Counted from the stretch's first letter, positions 12,196-26,290 are shown. The stretch is 64,000 nt of DNA from Octopus vulgaris (GCA_951406725.2 OX597829.1:8494001-8558000), one strand, 5' to 3'. A program made the numbers and translations. Notes: a model not told the origin generated them from the letters alone.

Positions 12196-14680
12196 TATGA
12201 CTTAGTATATGCAGCAGCCACTGCAGCCACAAAAGAAGCTAGATACTCCCTCAAACCCATCCAAACAGGAGTACAACCACCAAAATAAACCCTGTGGATA
12301 AATAACATCTAAAAAGAATACAAATAATGAGAAAAGATCTGTCGATTCTTAATGAATTCAGTAGGTAATCAACGCTACTAAGCAACAAAAAGAAAACAAA
12401 AACACTCCGCAAATACAACATCACAGAAAAAGATTTACCTGAGATAAAAGAAAAGCTAAAGCAAGATATCCTTGCCAAAGCACAAAGGATCCGCCGGTAT
12501 GAGAAACGCCAACGTTTCTTTGAACAAAACAAACAGTTCAACTCCAACCCCAAAACGTTCTACCAAGAACTTGGCAAAAATAAAATAGAAATCACTGCAG
12601 CACCAACGGCAGAAGAAGTGGAAGAATTCTGGAGAGAAATATGGTCGGCGAACGAACAACGAAAAAAAAGGAGTATTAAAACAACAAACTCAGCATCTGA
12701 GCAACTTTGGACCCCCATAACAACTGAAGAGGTCACCCAGTCACTGCAAAGACCAAGCAACTGGAAGGCACCTGGGCATGACAAGATCCCCAACTTCTGG
12801 TTGAAATATCTGACAGGTATACACAAAAAGCTGGTTGAAAACTTTAACAACATACAAGCAGAGCCAGAGACAATGCCTGAATGGCTCACGAAGGGGAAAA
12901 CCATCTTAATCCCCAAATCTAATGAGACAGCAAAACCAGAAAACTACAGACCTATAACCTGTCTCCCTACAATGTATAAAACATTCACTGCAGTAGTATC
13001 ACACAGATTAAGTAAGCACCTGGACGAAAACAACCTGTTTCCAGAAGAGCAGAAAGGATGCCGCAAAGGCTCATATGGCTGTAAAGATCAACTAATGATC
13101 AATAAAGCCATAACTGAAGGCCACAGAAAGAAGAAAGGCCTCAGTATGGAATGAATCGACTACAGAAAGGAGTTTGATAGTATCCCCCACACATGGATCC
13201 TCGAAACACTAGCCATTAACAAGGTAGCACCAATAATTATAAAATACATAGGACACTTTATGAATAAATGGCAAACAGTGCTACAGCTCCAAACAAAAGA
13301 GGGATACGTGAAAACCAAAGCCATCCCCATTAGAAGAGGAATATTCCAGGGAGACATACTCTCTCCACTCCTTTTCTGCTTGGCACTGTCATCTCTATCT
13401 AATATGCTAAAGAGAACTGGATGCGGATATAAATGTTACGGCAAAACGATCAGCCACCTTTTATATATGGATGACCTAATACTATACGCTACAAATGACA
13501 AACAGCTGGAAACTCTATTAAAGACAGTTCATGGATTCACCAAAGAAATATATATGAAATTTGGATTAGAAAAATCTGCCAAAAAGTAACCCTGAAAAGA
13601 GAAAAACTAGTTAGGAGTAGCAACATCGCACTAGATAAAGCCAATTAAATAAGAGAATTAGACCAAAGCCAAACATAAAAAAAATATTTAGGAATCCATG
13701 AACTAGATATGATACAACACACACAAATGAAAAAGAAAATAAAGAATACTAAAAACAGAGATCAATGCTAAAAACAAGATAATAGGTATCAACACTTTAG
13801 CTGTCCCAGTTATAAGTTACAGCTACACTACCCTTAACTGGACACGAAATGACCTGACCAAAATAGATAGGAAAACAAGAAAAATAATGACAGGATCTAG
13901 GAGGCATCACCCAAAATCTGACATAGAAAGGCTATATATACAACGTATAGAAGGTGGTAGAGGCCTTATACAGCTGCAAAAAACACTATAAAATAACCAC
14001 CATAGGACTGCAAAAATACCTACTTCAGAAGGAAGGAAAACTGATACAAATAGCGGCAAAACACGAGCAAAACAAAATATTGTTCTCAGTATTTAAGGAA
14101 GCTGACAAATACAAACAAGAAATCATATCACCTAACAAATATGAAGAAGAAGAAGAAAAAGAAGAAGAAAACACAACAAAAACTATAAAGCAAATGAAAT
14201 TAAAACTAAAACTAGAACAGCAACGGACCATGATAAAACGATGGCAAGAAAAGTCCCTTCATGGCATGTACTGGACTAAACTAAATGCAAAAGAAATAGA
14301 CAAAGAAAAATCCCAGCAGTAGTTGAGAAGCTCAGGACTCAAAGGAGAGACGGAGGGACTTTTAATTGCAGCACAAGACCAAAGCCTCCCCACCAAAAAT
14401 TACCAAAAACATGTAATGAAAAGAAATATAACTAGTAACTGAAGAATATGTGGAGATGGACAAGAAACAATAAATCATATTATTTCTGGCTGCCCAGTCC
14501 TGGCTAAGAAGGAATATATTCACAGACACGACAGAGTTTGGACCTACATACACTGGAAGCTATACCAACATTATGGAATAACAACAGAAAAAAGATGGTA
14601 TAGGCACACACCAGAAAAGGTCACAGAAAACGAGAAAGCAACCATACTCTGGGATATGCCAATACACACAGATAAAGATA
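12196..14680 (+). mobile_element. R4/Dong-type LINE subfamily B, truncated at both ends, RT motifs retained, frameshifted
   Basis: KAPGHD, NYRPITCL, EEQKGCRKGSYGCKDQL, GIFQGDILSPLLF, HLLYMDD; 13650-14675 is highly similar to 49940-50975. Confidence 0.95.
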
Positions 14681-14900
14681 GCCATTGTCATCGAGCAGAG
14701 AAGGAGGTTATCTCATTCCTATTCCTATGGCATCCCTCTAGAAGAATTTTCTCCAGGAAACTGACATTTTCAGATACTATATCTCGGGACTCAGGGCTGA
14801 ATATTAGAGATTTGAACACATCAATGCAGGACCGTGTAGTGTGGAAAACGATTGTTAATGGAGTTCCGAACAACCATAGGGTGGTCGAAGGATGATGATC
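14681..14900 (+). mobile_element. 3' end of an RTE-type LINE
   Basis: HCHRAEKEVIS..LW.PS...DTISRDSGL..DL..SMQDRVVWKTIV followed by a short (GAT)n tail. Confidence 0.7.
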
Positions 14901-14912
14901 TATTTATGATGG

Positions 14913-14998
<86 letters not shown>
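14913..14998. repeat. (TCTA)n microsatellite
   Basis: Read directly from the sequence. Confidence 0.95.
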
Positions 14999-14999
<1 letters not shown>

Positions 15000-17900
15000 G
15001 TTTGTCTGTCTGTCTGTCTATGTATCAATTCTATGTATGTATCCATATATATATATAAATATATATATCTGTCTGTCTGTATGTATATATATATATATGT
15101 ATGTACGTAGGTTTGTATGTATGTATGTGTGTGTATGTGTGTGTGTATGTATGTGTGTATGTATGTATGTGTGTATATGTGCACACACACTGTCACATTT
15201 ATAGCAGGGCCCATAATATTTAAAATTACTTCCTCTCTACAACGAATGATAATGGGTGTCGGGGTATAGAACAGAAAACCAAGATAAAAGCATCATCATT
15301 TATCATTATCATTGATAACAACACAAAAGTAAACCCTGATAAAGGCGGGAATTTGTAAATAGTAAAGGAAGCGGTTCTCAGAGGTGAATGAATAAATTTT
15401 TAGAACAATAATGACCACCACCTCCAAAACCACCGCCACCATCACCACCACAAGAAAAACAACACAACCACAATAACACTAGAACTATCAATAGGTATAA
15501 CGAGAATATGAGCAATAAAAATGACTACAATTTTACAAAAAAAAAAACGAAAAAGAAAACGCATGAAGCGCAGCCGCAGAAAATTAAAATTTTTCTCATT
15601 TCATATCTACTAACATATTTTTAGTTGTTTCCTTTTATATCTAAATTATTGCAATTCCTTTTCCGATGTTTTTTCTGGTAACTATCGCTATCATTTTAGT
15701 ACTTCAGTTTTACCACTAACGTTTCATCAAAAACTATAATCCTTTTCGTTTCTTCTCAGAGATTAATACTAACTCGAACTAATATATACATGGGTTGTGA
15801 ATTTTCAAATTGTTTTTTTCTCTGTTCAAGATATCGTGGGATTTTAAGCATATTATTTGCTGTAATTTTGATATGTATTTAGTTTAATAAAATATTTACA
15901 CCTTAGCGATTATGGATTCAGTATTTTATTCACGCTCAGAACTTATCTCTGAGTTCGTTTCTGTAAGTGGCTGGATATAACTTGCCGCCCACTGGAATAT
16001 CTGAGTTAATATCTATGCGAACAGGCTGCGTAGGTCCCCGGTATAATTCAATGTAGAAGAGCGCAAGGCACAAACATGTACGCGGATGCGCACGCGTTTA
16101 CACATGGATACAAGCGTGTACGCACATCATTTCAGTTACTGTCCATGATAAATTATCCCGCCATCAATCAAAACAGTCATTACTGCCTCATTATTTTCAT
16201 GTCTCATTATGTCTCCTTCCTCCATCCTTCTCATACTCTGCTTTCTGTACTCTCTGCATTCTGTATTTTTCATCTACCTTTTGTTACTTGTGTGAGTGAT
16301 TCGAGTTTAACTCTATTTCAACGGCTAAATAAACTTGATAATGTCATTTACTTTCGTTTATTTTTCGGATCAGGTTTATATTTTATTGATTTTTATAAGT
16401 TATTTCAAACTCATAGTTGATACTTCGATGTAAGACATCCTCTAGGACTTCGCTGTGACATTGAAATTTGTCACATAGCGCTCATATATACTTCATCGCT
16501 TGGAAAACAATCGTGTGAAGAGAAAAACCGAACAGTTTTTCTTGCAGCTATGTCACTGGTGGCGTACTACTTCCTTTACCAAAACGCCTGGATGTAGAAT
16601 TATGGTATTAATTTTCTGTTTCTTTTTTAAGATACTCTTATTCTTCTCTTTCTTTCTTCATGGTTTCCAGCCTTGTTAAACAGATGTTTGTATGTAGCTA
16701 AAATAGTTGGAGAGTGCTAATGTAAATAAATTAATAAAGCCACAGGGTACGATTAATGTGTTAACTAATTAATTTCAATTACTTTCCATAATAAATTGTC
16801 TCGATACCTGGTGCACTGGCGCAATCTTGGTGAGTAGACATAAATGAAAATTACAGGATGCTATATAACCTTTACATTTAGTTCTGAAGATGTCGCATTG
16901 GCATAAGAGTGTGAAGGAGGAGAGAAAGAGAGAGCGAGAGAGAGGGAAGGGGAGAAAGAGAGTTAGAGAGAGATGGAGAGGAATGACAAGAGGGGAAAAC
17001 AATGAAGGAAAAGGGGAAGACTCAAAAGTACAACTTCCATTCTACATAGGGTGGCTGGGGGTGAAATTTGGACGAAATTTTCTCCACGGGTAAAAGAAGT
17101 TTAGACTATTTGCAATGTTAGTATTTTCGAAATTTCAGTTTTCACGAAACGTTGTCAAACAAAGAAAGTAAATAAAAATAGTACATTTCTAAATCGCTCA
17201 GAGAAATTTATGCTGTAGCACCACGATAATGTGATAGTAGGTTGTCAACTTGAAAGGGAAGAAATTTAGACAACAGAACAAATACCAAAGAATATTTAGA
17301 GACCAATAATTTTCAGTGACGTGCAAGAAGTTCAATACCAAGATTACAGTTAAAAAATGATCAAGTCTGAAAAGTAATTGAAATAAATTGTTTAATAATG
17401 CCGTCAACAGTTTAGTAATATTTTAATCTCCCGAAGAAAATGGACAAGAATTTGAATTACTTTAGCATAGATATTAGAGAAGTAAAATGTTTTACTCTCT
17501 TCAGACATAAGTTTATAGCTATTTGCTTTATAGGACCATTGGAATTATTCCTGATAAAGCACCACATTATCATACTAGATACCATAATTTGCCTCTACGC
17601 GACGTTAATGCAATAGGCAACACTACCAGCAATCGAAGAACACCCTGCGTGTCCACTCAAACAGACTAAACTGTAGTGCGCAATGTATTTGTAGATACAG
17701 AATATGAAAATAAATGCGATGATTATGGTTGAACTACCATAGGACTACTTGATTAAAGCTGATTCGGAGTGCTATACTACACAGCTTTACAGGAGGCTTT
17801 ATGCGATTATTTCACCTGCTAAAAACAACAAAGATATCGCAATCAAAGTACACCATACAATCATACGATCATATAGCCAGGCACCATATAATCATAAAAA

Positions 17901-18414
17901 CAAGTTATGATCAATCCATCTGTTGCTCCGCTCTATACCCCAGTGTCTTTCACATGCATTTTGTATTTAGGTGCCATTCTATTTCCACCTTCTATGACAT
18001 TCACGATCTGTTTCTTTTTTATTGTAGTTATAGATTTGCATGCGAGTCTGGGTTATCCAAACAGCTATTACTTGATGTATTCAGAAAAAAATGACTGAGT
18101 CGTTAAAAAGTCCACCGCTAAATCATGAGGTGCTGATTTCCATCTCATATATCTCATTTACCACAACTCCAAATCATGCCAAGCCGTGTGAATAAAGTTA
18201 GGTTGAATGTAACTGTGTGGGAGCGTATCGGATATATTATTCTGCAATTTTAAGTTTTGTATCACGATAGCTCAGTTTAAAAATTGCGTCAATGGCACAG
18301 ATGTCTGGGAAATAGGCTATGATTTAATGAATAGATAGTTCCATTTTTCGAACAATTGGAATAAGCGTCGCCGAAACCGATGGAGAACCCATCATCTACT
18401 GGGAGTATATATCT

Positions 18415-18650
18415 TTTATCTTTTATCTATTACTTACTTCAGTCATTTGACTGCGGCCATGCTGGAACACCGTTTTGAGGGATTTTCTTTTAGTCGAACA
18501 AACCGACAGCATGACATTTTTAAAGAGTGGTACTTACTCTATCGGTTTCTTTTAGGGGACCGCTAAGTGATGGGGCCATAAACACACCAACGCTGGTTGC
18601 CAAGTGATAGTGGTTTACACACACACACACGCACACACACAAGCACACAC
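18415..18650 (-). mobile_element. 3' half of a tRNA-derived SINE (family of 45152-45538)
   Basis: ttcagtcatttgactgcggccatgctgg...tctatcggtttc matches the reverse complement of 45370-45538. Confidence 0.8.
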
Positions 18651-19604
18651 ATCTAAGATACGAGAAGTTTTTTTTTTCAAGATGACTCAAACTAATAGGC
18701 ATGCGCTCTGATTGGTATGCCACTAAAATTCCGGTTTGAACTACAAGTGGAAATGTGATTTTGTGACTGACCTTTCCAAAGCGGCTAGATGTGGCTTCCA
18801 CTTGAGCCGGTAGGTATAAATTAAAGTTGAAATGAAAAAGCAAATCGTTTGACAAGACTTGACCAGGACAGTGATTTTAGCTATAAAATAGAAACGTGTA
18901 GATAGTCCCTATCAGCTGTTTCTAGAATATTCCAGCTATTGGAACATTGTGTCGAGTGAAGATTCCATATGTTGAGTTTTCTGTCATTGGAGAGAGATAG
19001 GTTAAACATATATAACTGTGGAAGCAAGTTCCTCATCAATGATTGTTGTAGTTTATTATGTCAAGAAAGTGATGAGGAATCCAATTAAACTCAATAGAAA
19101 CGGGTATTCCTTTGGTAAATCCATGACCAGAGAGAATCGTTTGAAAGTAATCCATGAAAAGGGAAAATGGTTTCTAGCATTTCAATAGTTTGACAAATAC
19201 TGAAAGGAAAAATAAGCATAGTGCACTCCAGTTGACTTGACCAGGACAGTGATAGGTGTATATTTTATTTTTTCGCTAAAACCACTATCTTTTAAAGCTC
19301 AGCCCAATGAGAGGGGTAGGGTAGTGGCGGTAGAAAAGCGGTCGTAAAAAGATAATAAAAGTCTGATGTAGTAAGTAGGCAATTTTACTAGACGGAAAAA
19401 GAGACTCGGGCTAGCTTGGTCATAGCGCTAGAAATAGATGCTATATATAGTAGTAAAATATTTAGAATTTAAAACTAAGATTACAAATTAATATTAGATA
19501 TATATATATATATATATATTTAATGTAGGATAAAAGTTTTTTTTTCGAAAAAAAAAAAAATTATCAATGGCCAGCATATTAAAAAATACCTTTAAAGGTT
19601 AAAA

Positions 19605-19767
19605 TTATAAACAACTTTTAAACAAGGGCAAACGAAAGAAATTTCTAATGAAATTGGAGCTATTGTCCATAACCATATAAGAGTGAAAATTATATGGTTA
19701 TGGACAATAGTTCCAATTTCGGCATATTTGTCATTAGAAATTCTTTTCGTTTGCCCTTACTTATAAG

Positions 19768-19768
<1 letters not shown>
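19605..19768. repeat. Imperfect foldback with a 9-nt spacer
   Basis: ttgtccataaccatataa / ttatatggttatggacaa and aagggcaaacgaaa / tttcgtttgccctt. Confidence 0.9.
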
Positions 19769-19792
<24 letters not shown>

Positions 19793-19803
<11 letters not shown>

Positions 19804-19986
19804 ATCCGAGACAAAACCACTATTTTAAAACCAAACAAGGAAAGACTTAATCAATACATAAAATTTTAATATAAATTAAATAAATATTTATTTATTTATT
19901 TAATTTATATTAAAATTTTATGTATTGATTAAGTCTTTCCTTGTTTGGTTTTAAAATAGTGGTTTTGTCTCGAATTATATTATATA
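19793..19986. repeat. Near-perfect palindrome with about 94-bp arms
   Basis: cgagacaaaaccac...aaataaata / tatttattt...gtggttttgtctcg; one mismatch seen. Confidence 0.95.
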
Positions 19987-20060
19987 ATATTTTACTATAA
20001 AATTGGATTTAACCCTAAATCTGATTTTTCCCTGTAATTTTGGATTCATTCCCTAATATT

Positions 20061-20099
<39 letters not shown>

Positions 20100-20163
20100 T
20101 GGACATACATACATACATTCATACATATATACATACATATATGCATACATACATACATACATG

Positions 20164-20217
<54 letters not shown>

Positions 20218-20443
20218 AAGAGGTGAATGTGAGTCTGATGTGAATCCCTAAGTACTTGAGGCAAAGCAGAGTTATAACATGTCTTACTTAGTAATTTAGG
20301 CCCCTTCATTTTTAACAGAGTATTTTTTCATAACGTTTTCAAATAGCCAGATAACCGAAGAGATGGTGTTGTATTTCACACTTCGGCATCTGAAACTCAG
20401 ATATATTTATCTTGACTACCGAGTAATGTAACATATTGTATAT

Positions 20444-20495
<52 letters not shown>

Positions 20496-20696
20496 TGTAC
20501 ATGTATATATAAATGTATATGTATAGATGTATATATATATATATATATAGATATAAATGTATATGCATACATGTATATGTGCAGATGTATATATATATAG
20601 ATGTACATGTAATATGTACACATATATACACTTATATATATGCATGCATATATGGACCCATACACACACACATACATACACACACACATATACATA

Positions 20697-20857
20697 GGTG
20701 CAGGTGTGGCTATGTGGTAAGAAACTTGGTTCCAAAACACATGGTCCTGGGTTCAGTCCCACTGTGTGGATACTTGGCATGTGTCTTCTGCTATAGCCTC
20801 AGACCAACCAAAGCCTTATGAGTGGATTTTGTACACCGAAAATGAAAGAAATCAATC

Positions 20858-20941
<84 letters not shown>

Positions 20942-21085
20942 GTATATATGTAAGTGTATGTGTGTATTTTGTCACTGTGTTTCTACTTCTTCACTGCTTC
21001 ACAGCTGCTGTTCGTTTATTTACATCCCCATAAAAACTGGTTTGATAAGAAGAAAGTGATCGAATAAGTACTAGGTTTATCAAAA
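20697..21085 (+). mobile_element. tRNA-derived SINE with an expanded internal (TA)n
   Basis: ggtgcaggtgtggctatgtggtaag...ggttcagtccc (A/B boxes), homologous to 45152-45538. Confidence 0.8.
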
Positions 21086-21221
21086 TATAAAAAAGCACTA
21101 AGCAGTGTCTCGTATTGTTGCTTGCCCACTCAGTTTTATCTATCAATCTCTCTTTTTGTGTGTGTGTCTATATATATATATATATGTGATACACACACAC
21201 ATACATATGTGGATATTAATA

Positions 21222-22772
21222 TCTATTATATAAAAGTCAATGTCTTTATGCGTGTTCGTGTGTTACTTATACATTCGAAAACTGCTGCACCTATCCTAAT
21301 GAAATTTGGAACACAAAATCCAAGCCTAGTGAGAAGGGTAATGCTGTGTGCTTCATACAATTTCATGGACTAAAATTACTGAATGGATCCTTATGATATT
21401 TGGTGGGTATAATGCAGTATGTTTGGTTTGAATCTGAGATGGCTTAAAGTGGGCAGAACCCCCATGAAAATTCATAAATTTTCGATGTTGATAAAATTTC
21501 AACCATGGATAATTGACACACATCAAGAAGTATTCTCAAAATTTCCACTTCTCATGAGGATTCTAAGACCCCCTAATGGGGGCCTTATCTCCCAAATTTT
21601 AGTAATTTTTTATGATCCAAAACTAGTTAAAAAGTACTCAATGGATCTTTATGAAATTTGGAAATTTTATTCTTTGCATAAGGGCCATAACACCTATGAA
21701 AATTCAAATATTTTTTGATGTTGATGAAATTTTAACCATAGATATTAGACACAAATGAAGTAATATTTTTAAAATTTCATCTTCTTAGAAGTTATAAAGA
21801 CCCCTTTATGAGGACTTAACACCCACAATTTCGTCATTTTATCTAAGCAAAGACGAATACAGTTGTGCTCTTGGAAGCTGTAGGGTCACCCGAGCATGAA
21901 CATTATTTGTAATTCAAAGGTACAACAGTGTAACAGTTTGCTTTGACATACACTTAAATTGTGATTTCTGCAAAGTGGTGCATAAATTGTCAAGTAAATG
22001 AGAGGCATCTTTGCCTCTACTGATTCAGTGGCAAAGTGTTGAGTAAAGTTATTTGGTTGCAGACCTCCTTTCAATCTTTTTTATTATCACTGGGTCACAC
22101 ATAGTCCCCAGATGGTAACATTGATTTCAAGGCCTTTCCACATGAGTGACTGGTTATTCAAAGACATTTATAGATTGTAAATTTATTCTGTCCAGTTACG
22201 TATCAGTATAGTGGTAATTTGCAAACTCCAGAGGTGACACTTTCATTTCCCCTTAGCCGTCACGTCACACAGTTGTTAATGTTGATTTCAGTTGGGTCAC
22301 GCCCTTCCAATTGCTATAGATCCGTAATGCATCTTACAGCTGTGCCTGTCACCTGTATGGTGAGGAATCCTACATTGGGAAGTGGTAACGACTAGGGTAG
22401 GGTAGCTGACTGCTTATTGGGATCATTCGTCTTTTCGTTTCCTGTAGCTTTGCTCTCTTTTAAAATCCCAGTGAACATACATATATTTCCTATTTCAAAG
22501 TAATTGGAACAATAGATATAAGACCCAAGTTAAAAAGATTCTCAACAATTCAACTTCTCAGGTTCCACAAGACTGGAATCGGTGCATAAAGATCAGTAGC
22601 ATGGGATACCTGTGTCATGATTAGAATTTTTTAGGGTGTGTAAAGAGTGAAAGAACCTTCATCTGCATTTTTGATGAAATTCGAATCGTAGGTATTCCAG
22701 TTCATTACAGAAAATATAACAGAAGAGTCTAATTCTTCAATTGCATGTAACACGGACAACGCCGGGTATCTC

Positions 22773-22778
<6 letters not shown>
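21222..22778 (+). mobile_element. Non-autonomous Helitron-like element with internal repeats and possible cargo
   Basis: 5' A|TCTATTATATAAAA; degenerate 3' hairpin cacggacaacgccggg at 22751; terminal CTAG is lost. Confidence 0.55.
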
Positions 22779-22824
<46 letters not shown>

Positions 22825-22879
22825 GCGTGTATGCGTGTATGTGCATGTTGGCATACGTATATGTATATGTATATATAGA

Positions 22880-22933
22880 CATACATACATACATACATAC
22901 ATACATACATACATACATACATACATACATACA

Positions 22934-22962
<29 letters not shown>
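22880..22962. repeat. (CATA)n microsatellite
   Basis: Read directly from the sequence. Confidence 0.95.
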
Positions 22963-22965
<3 letters not shown>

Positions 22966-23109
22966 GACCAATATATACTCACACTTCACCTTGTGTATTT
23001 GGGGTGCAAAATTTGACAGACGTCACGAGAGATAAAAAATAGATGGCGAGAAGTCGGTCTTAAATCAGCAGACGGAATGTCTCAAGAAGACTCTTCACAA
23101 AAATATTTC

Positions 23110-23420
23110 ATGCTTGTTGTTGTAGCAGATGGTGATATTACAGCTGATCATGCCGCTTCTACTGCTGTTGCTGCTGTTGTTGTAGTCGTCGTCGTCGTCG
23201 TCGCCGCTGTTGTTGTTGTTCTTCTTCTTGTGGTTACTAATGCTGTTGTATATTGCTGTTACTGTTCTTGTTGATGACTTCAGTTGTTCTCCGGGTGTTG
23301 CAATTGCTATTGCTATTGCTGCTGCTGCTGTTGCTACTGGTGATGCTGTTGTTGTTGTTGTTGTTGTTGATGGTATTACGGCTGTTGCTTTTCTTGTTGT
23401 TTTCTTCAATGTTGTTACTT
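23110..23420. repeat. Degenerate triplet tract (GTT/GCT/GTC/CTT)
   Basis: Read directly from the sequence. Confidence 0.85.
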
Positions 23421-25539
23421 TTAAACTTGATAAGCTATCTTTTAAATGTGGTTCACAGAGAAATATCACAGCCAGCCATTAGTGAAAGATTATGTCTAGA
23501 CAGATTCGGTTATGAAACAAATATGAGGCTTCGATGGTGGTGTGCTTGTGGGAAGGATGTGTGTGTTACAATTATTAGGTGTGTGTGTGTGTGTGTCAGT
23601 GATGAAGGCGTTCATATTCCTTGCAATCTTCCTAGATAGAGAAACAAGAATGATAAAACGCAAAGTGTCTGAAATCTGCATTTGCTCGATCGCCTTTTCA
23701 CAATATTTTTAATTTATCGAATAGATTATTATGGCAAGTTTGCTTTTAAATATTCATGTTCATCAATTCTCTCCCTCTCTCCCTCTCTCCCTCCCTTTCT
23801 CTCTCTCTTTCGCTCTCATACTCATGCACTATCTCAAGTACGCACGTACGCACATATGCACACAAAGACGCCTACACTGGTACAAATACACGTACACGTA
23901 TACATTTATACACACGTAGTCGAAATTGTAGCTGTCACGGATAAAATTACATGTTGCATTAGTTCCGACTGTTTGCGCCGAGGCTATCATTCCCTTTAAT
24001 CTTTTCTAAGTGGATGAAAGTTCCACTCCAAGGTTATGTGGTGGGTGTATAACTGTTGGCGAGTCTATTCTAAAAATGTTTACTGTATTTAATAGATAGA
24101 TAACTAATTGTCGTGACGTAAAATTTCTATGTGATTAATTGCAGTAACGTAGAATTCTTCTGTTTTTATTCTTTCGTTATCCAGTGACGTCACTAATAGA
24201 TGAATAAAAGTAGAATTTTTTTGATTATATTTCTTCATTACGTTCTTTTTTATGCGTCTGTATACTGGAAATGTTTCCTTAGTTCACTTCGAACTTAACT
24301 AATTTTGGTTCACCTTCAAAACGCTGTATTAATATGTATTTTCGAAAATGTTAACTTCAATAGTATTTTCTATTTCTAAATATGTTAAAAGAATAGAAAC
24401 AACTGTTGGCATTGTAAGGTGAATTCTAATATTAAAGATGTGATATTCTCCGTGCCTATTTTTGTAGTTTAATACTCCGAATTTCTTGAAAGTCTTCTAA
24501 ATATTTGGATCTAATTGTCATACACGAGAAATTAGCTTGGATGTGTTTTCTACTTGCACTTATTGATGTCTGATTGCTTAATATAGTTAATCAAATTCGT
24601 TTAAATGTGAGTGTTTTATTGATATTGTTGGATCATTTAATACCATTATCTTTATATCTGTGTGTGTGTGTGTGCATATATATATATATAGCTAGTGAGA
24701 ACTGTCCAAAATATGCTGTCGATAATTGAGATTTAACAAGAACAAAACTAAAGTATTTAAGATGCAGTAAGAATTCATAAAGTCTTTGCTCCACTTCGAT
24801 TTATTATCTTCTAAGTCATAACGGTGGTGTTGAAGACCGTTTGCCGATTGAAAGTCGTTTATACTGATGTTCTTGTTCTTAAAATTTTATCTGTAGTAGA
24901 ATAAGAAAAGAAATTCAAAGTGTGGAAGCAAATTCTAATCAAAGGGCTTTAGAGTTAATTTCGGCAAAATCGTCTTGGTAAGCAGATGAACTGATAGTAC
25001 ACTTATCCTTGCTGGAAAAGGATGCTGCTCGATATATAAAAAAATCATACAGTGTATTCATTACAAACCATAGACACACAAATGGTTCAGTGATGTCATC
25101 GGAAGATTTGCAAAGATAGTAGACGTGCAAGCACAAGAAACACTAAGAATACGCAGAAAATGCGGCACTATTTTCAGCTGCTGTAATTATATAATAGCAA
25201 AGCTGCACATATTCTTTCCCTCTTTTTATGCAACGAGTAATTTTTCTTCTTAGAACTAGTTCTCTCGCTAACGAAACTGCATTTCCAATATCATCTCTTA
25301 GCAATATATGTCCACTGAAGTCCCTTTCTACCGAACACCCTCTCATATCTTCCCCTTTTTGCAACTTATCCATCCCTCTGTACTTCTGACCTCTGACTCT
25401 ATCACTGTTTTGTCTCCCTCACTTCATTTCACTTCATTGCCCTATTTCTCATTTATCTACGGGTTATTATATTGTTTTCCATCCACTTTTTATGTAATTC
25501 CACTAGTCTCCTCCGGTTCCCTGAAGGGTTTTTTTTTTT

Positions 25540-25955
25540 GGTCGAACAGATCGAAACCAGGACTTAATTTTTTAAGCCTAGTACTTATCATGTCGGTCTC
25601 AATGCCGAACCGCTAGATTACAGAGACGTAAACACATCAACACCGGTTGTCAAATGGTAATGGGGATATATATATATATATATAGAAATAGGAATATCAT
25701 TGTTCCTAATTCTCTCTAAAGGAGACTACGGCAGACATCCCCCGTTCTAACCATTATGACCTCTGTCTATTAAAACCTCCCGGAGGAGACTGGTGGAATT
25801 GCATAAAAAGTGTGATATGGAAAACAATATAATACACGACGGGCTTCTTTCAGTTTCTGTCTACTAAATCTACTCACAAGGCTTTGGGCGGAGACCCGAA
25901 GCTATAGTAGAAGACACTTGCTGAAGGTGCCATGTGCTTGATAAGCAAGCTTCTT
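25540..25955 (-). mobile_element. tRNA-derived SINE (family of 45152-45538), interrupted
   Basis: acgacgggcttctttcagtttc...gctatagtagaagacacttg; tagtacttatcatgtcggtctc. Confidence 0.7.
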
Positions 25956-26290
25956 TATTTCATTAATTTTGCCTTGAAAGCCGTACACAGATGAAGAAGC
26001 TGCTGGCTGGACAAAGACATTAATGAGCTGAGATGAATGATGAACAGGATGATATTAATGAGAGAAGGCAAAAGACACCCGCCGATCTTTGCTTCTCTAA
26101 AACTTTGTTCTTTTGTGAACTTACAATTTGAGGCAATAAACCTTTTACCAATATTTCTTTTGGACTGAAGGTCCTTACAATGAAGCACTAAGCCTCTTAC
26201 CTCAAATGACACCATGTCCATAAAATGAGGCACTAAGCCTCTTACAATTTTCTTCTTATGGGCCATATGTTCTTACAATATGAGGCACTC

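Noticed and set aside
23077-23639. Poly-Ala/Thr/Gln-like ORFs suggesting a transcription-factor exon
   Set aside because: Low-complexity triplets only, with no domain or splice support.
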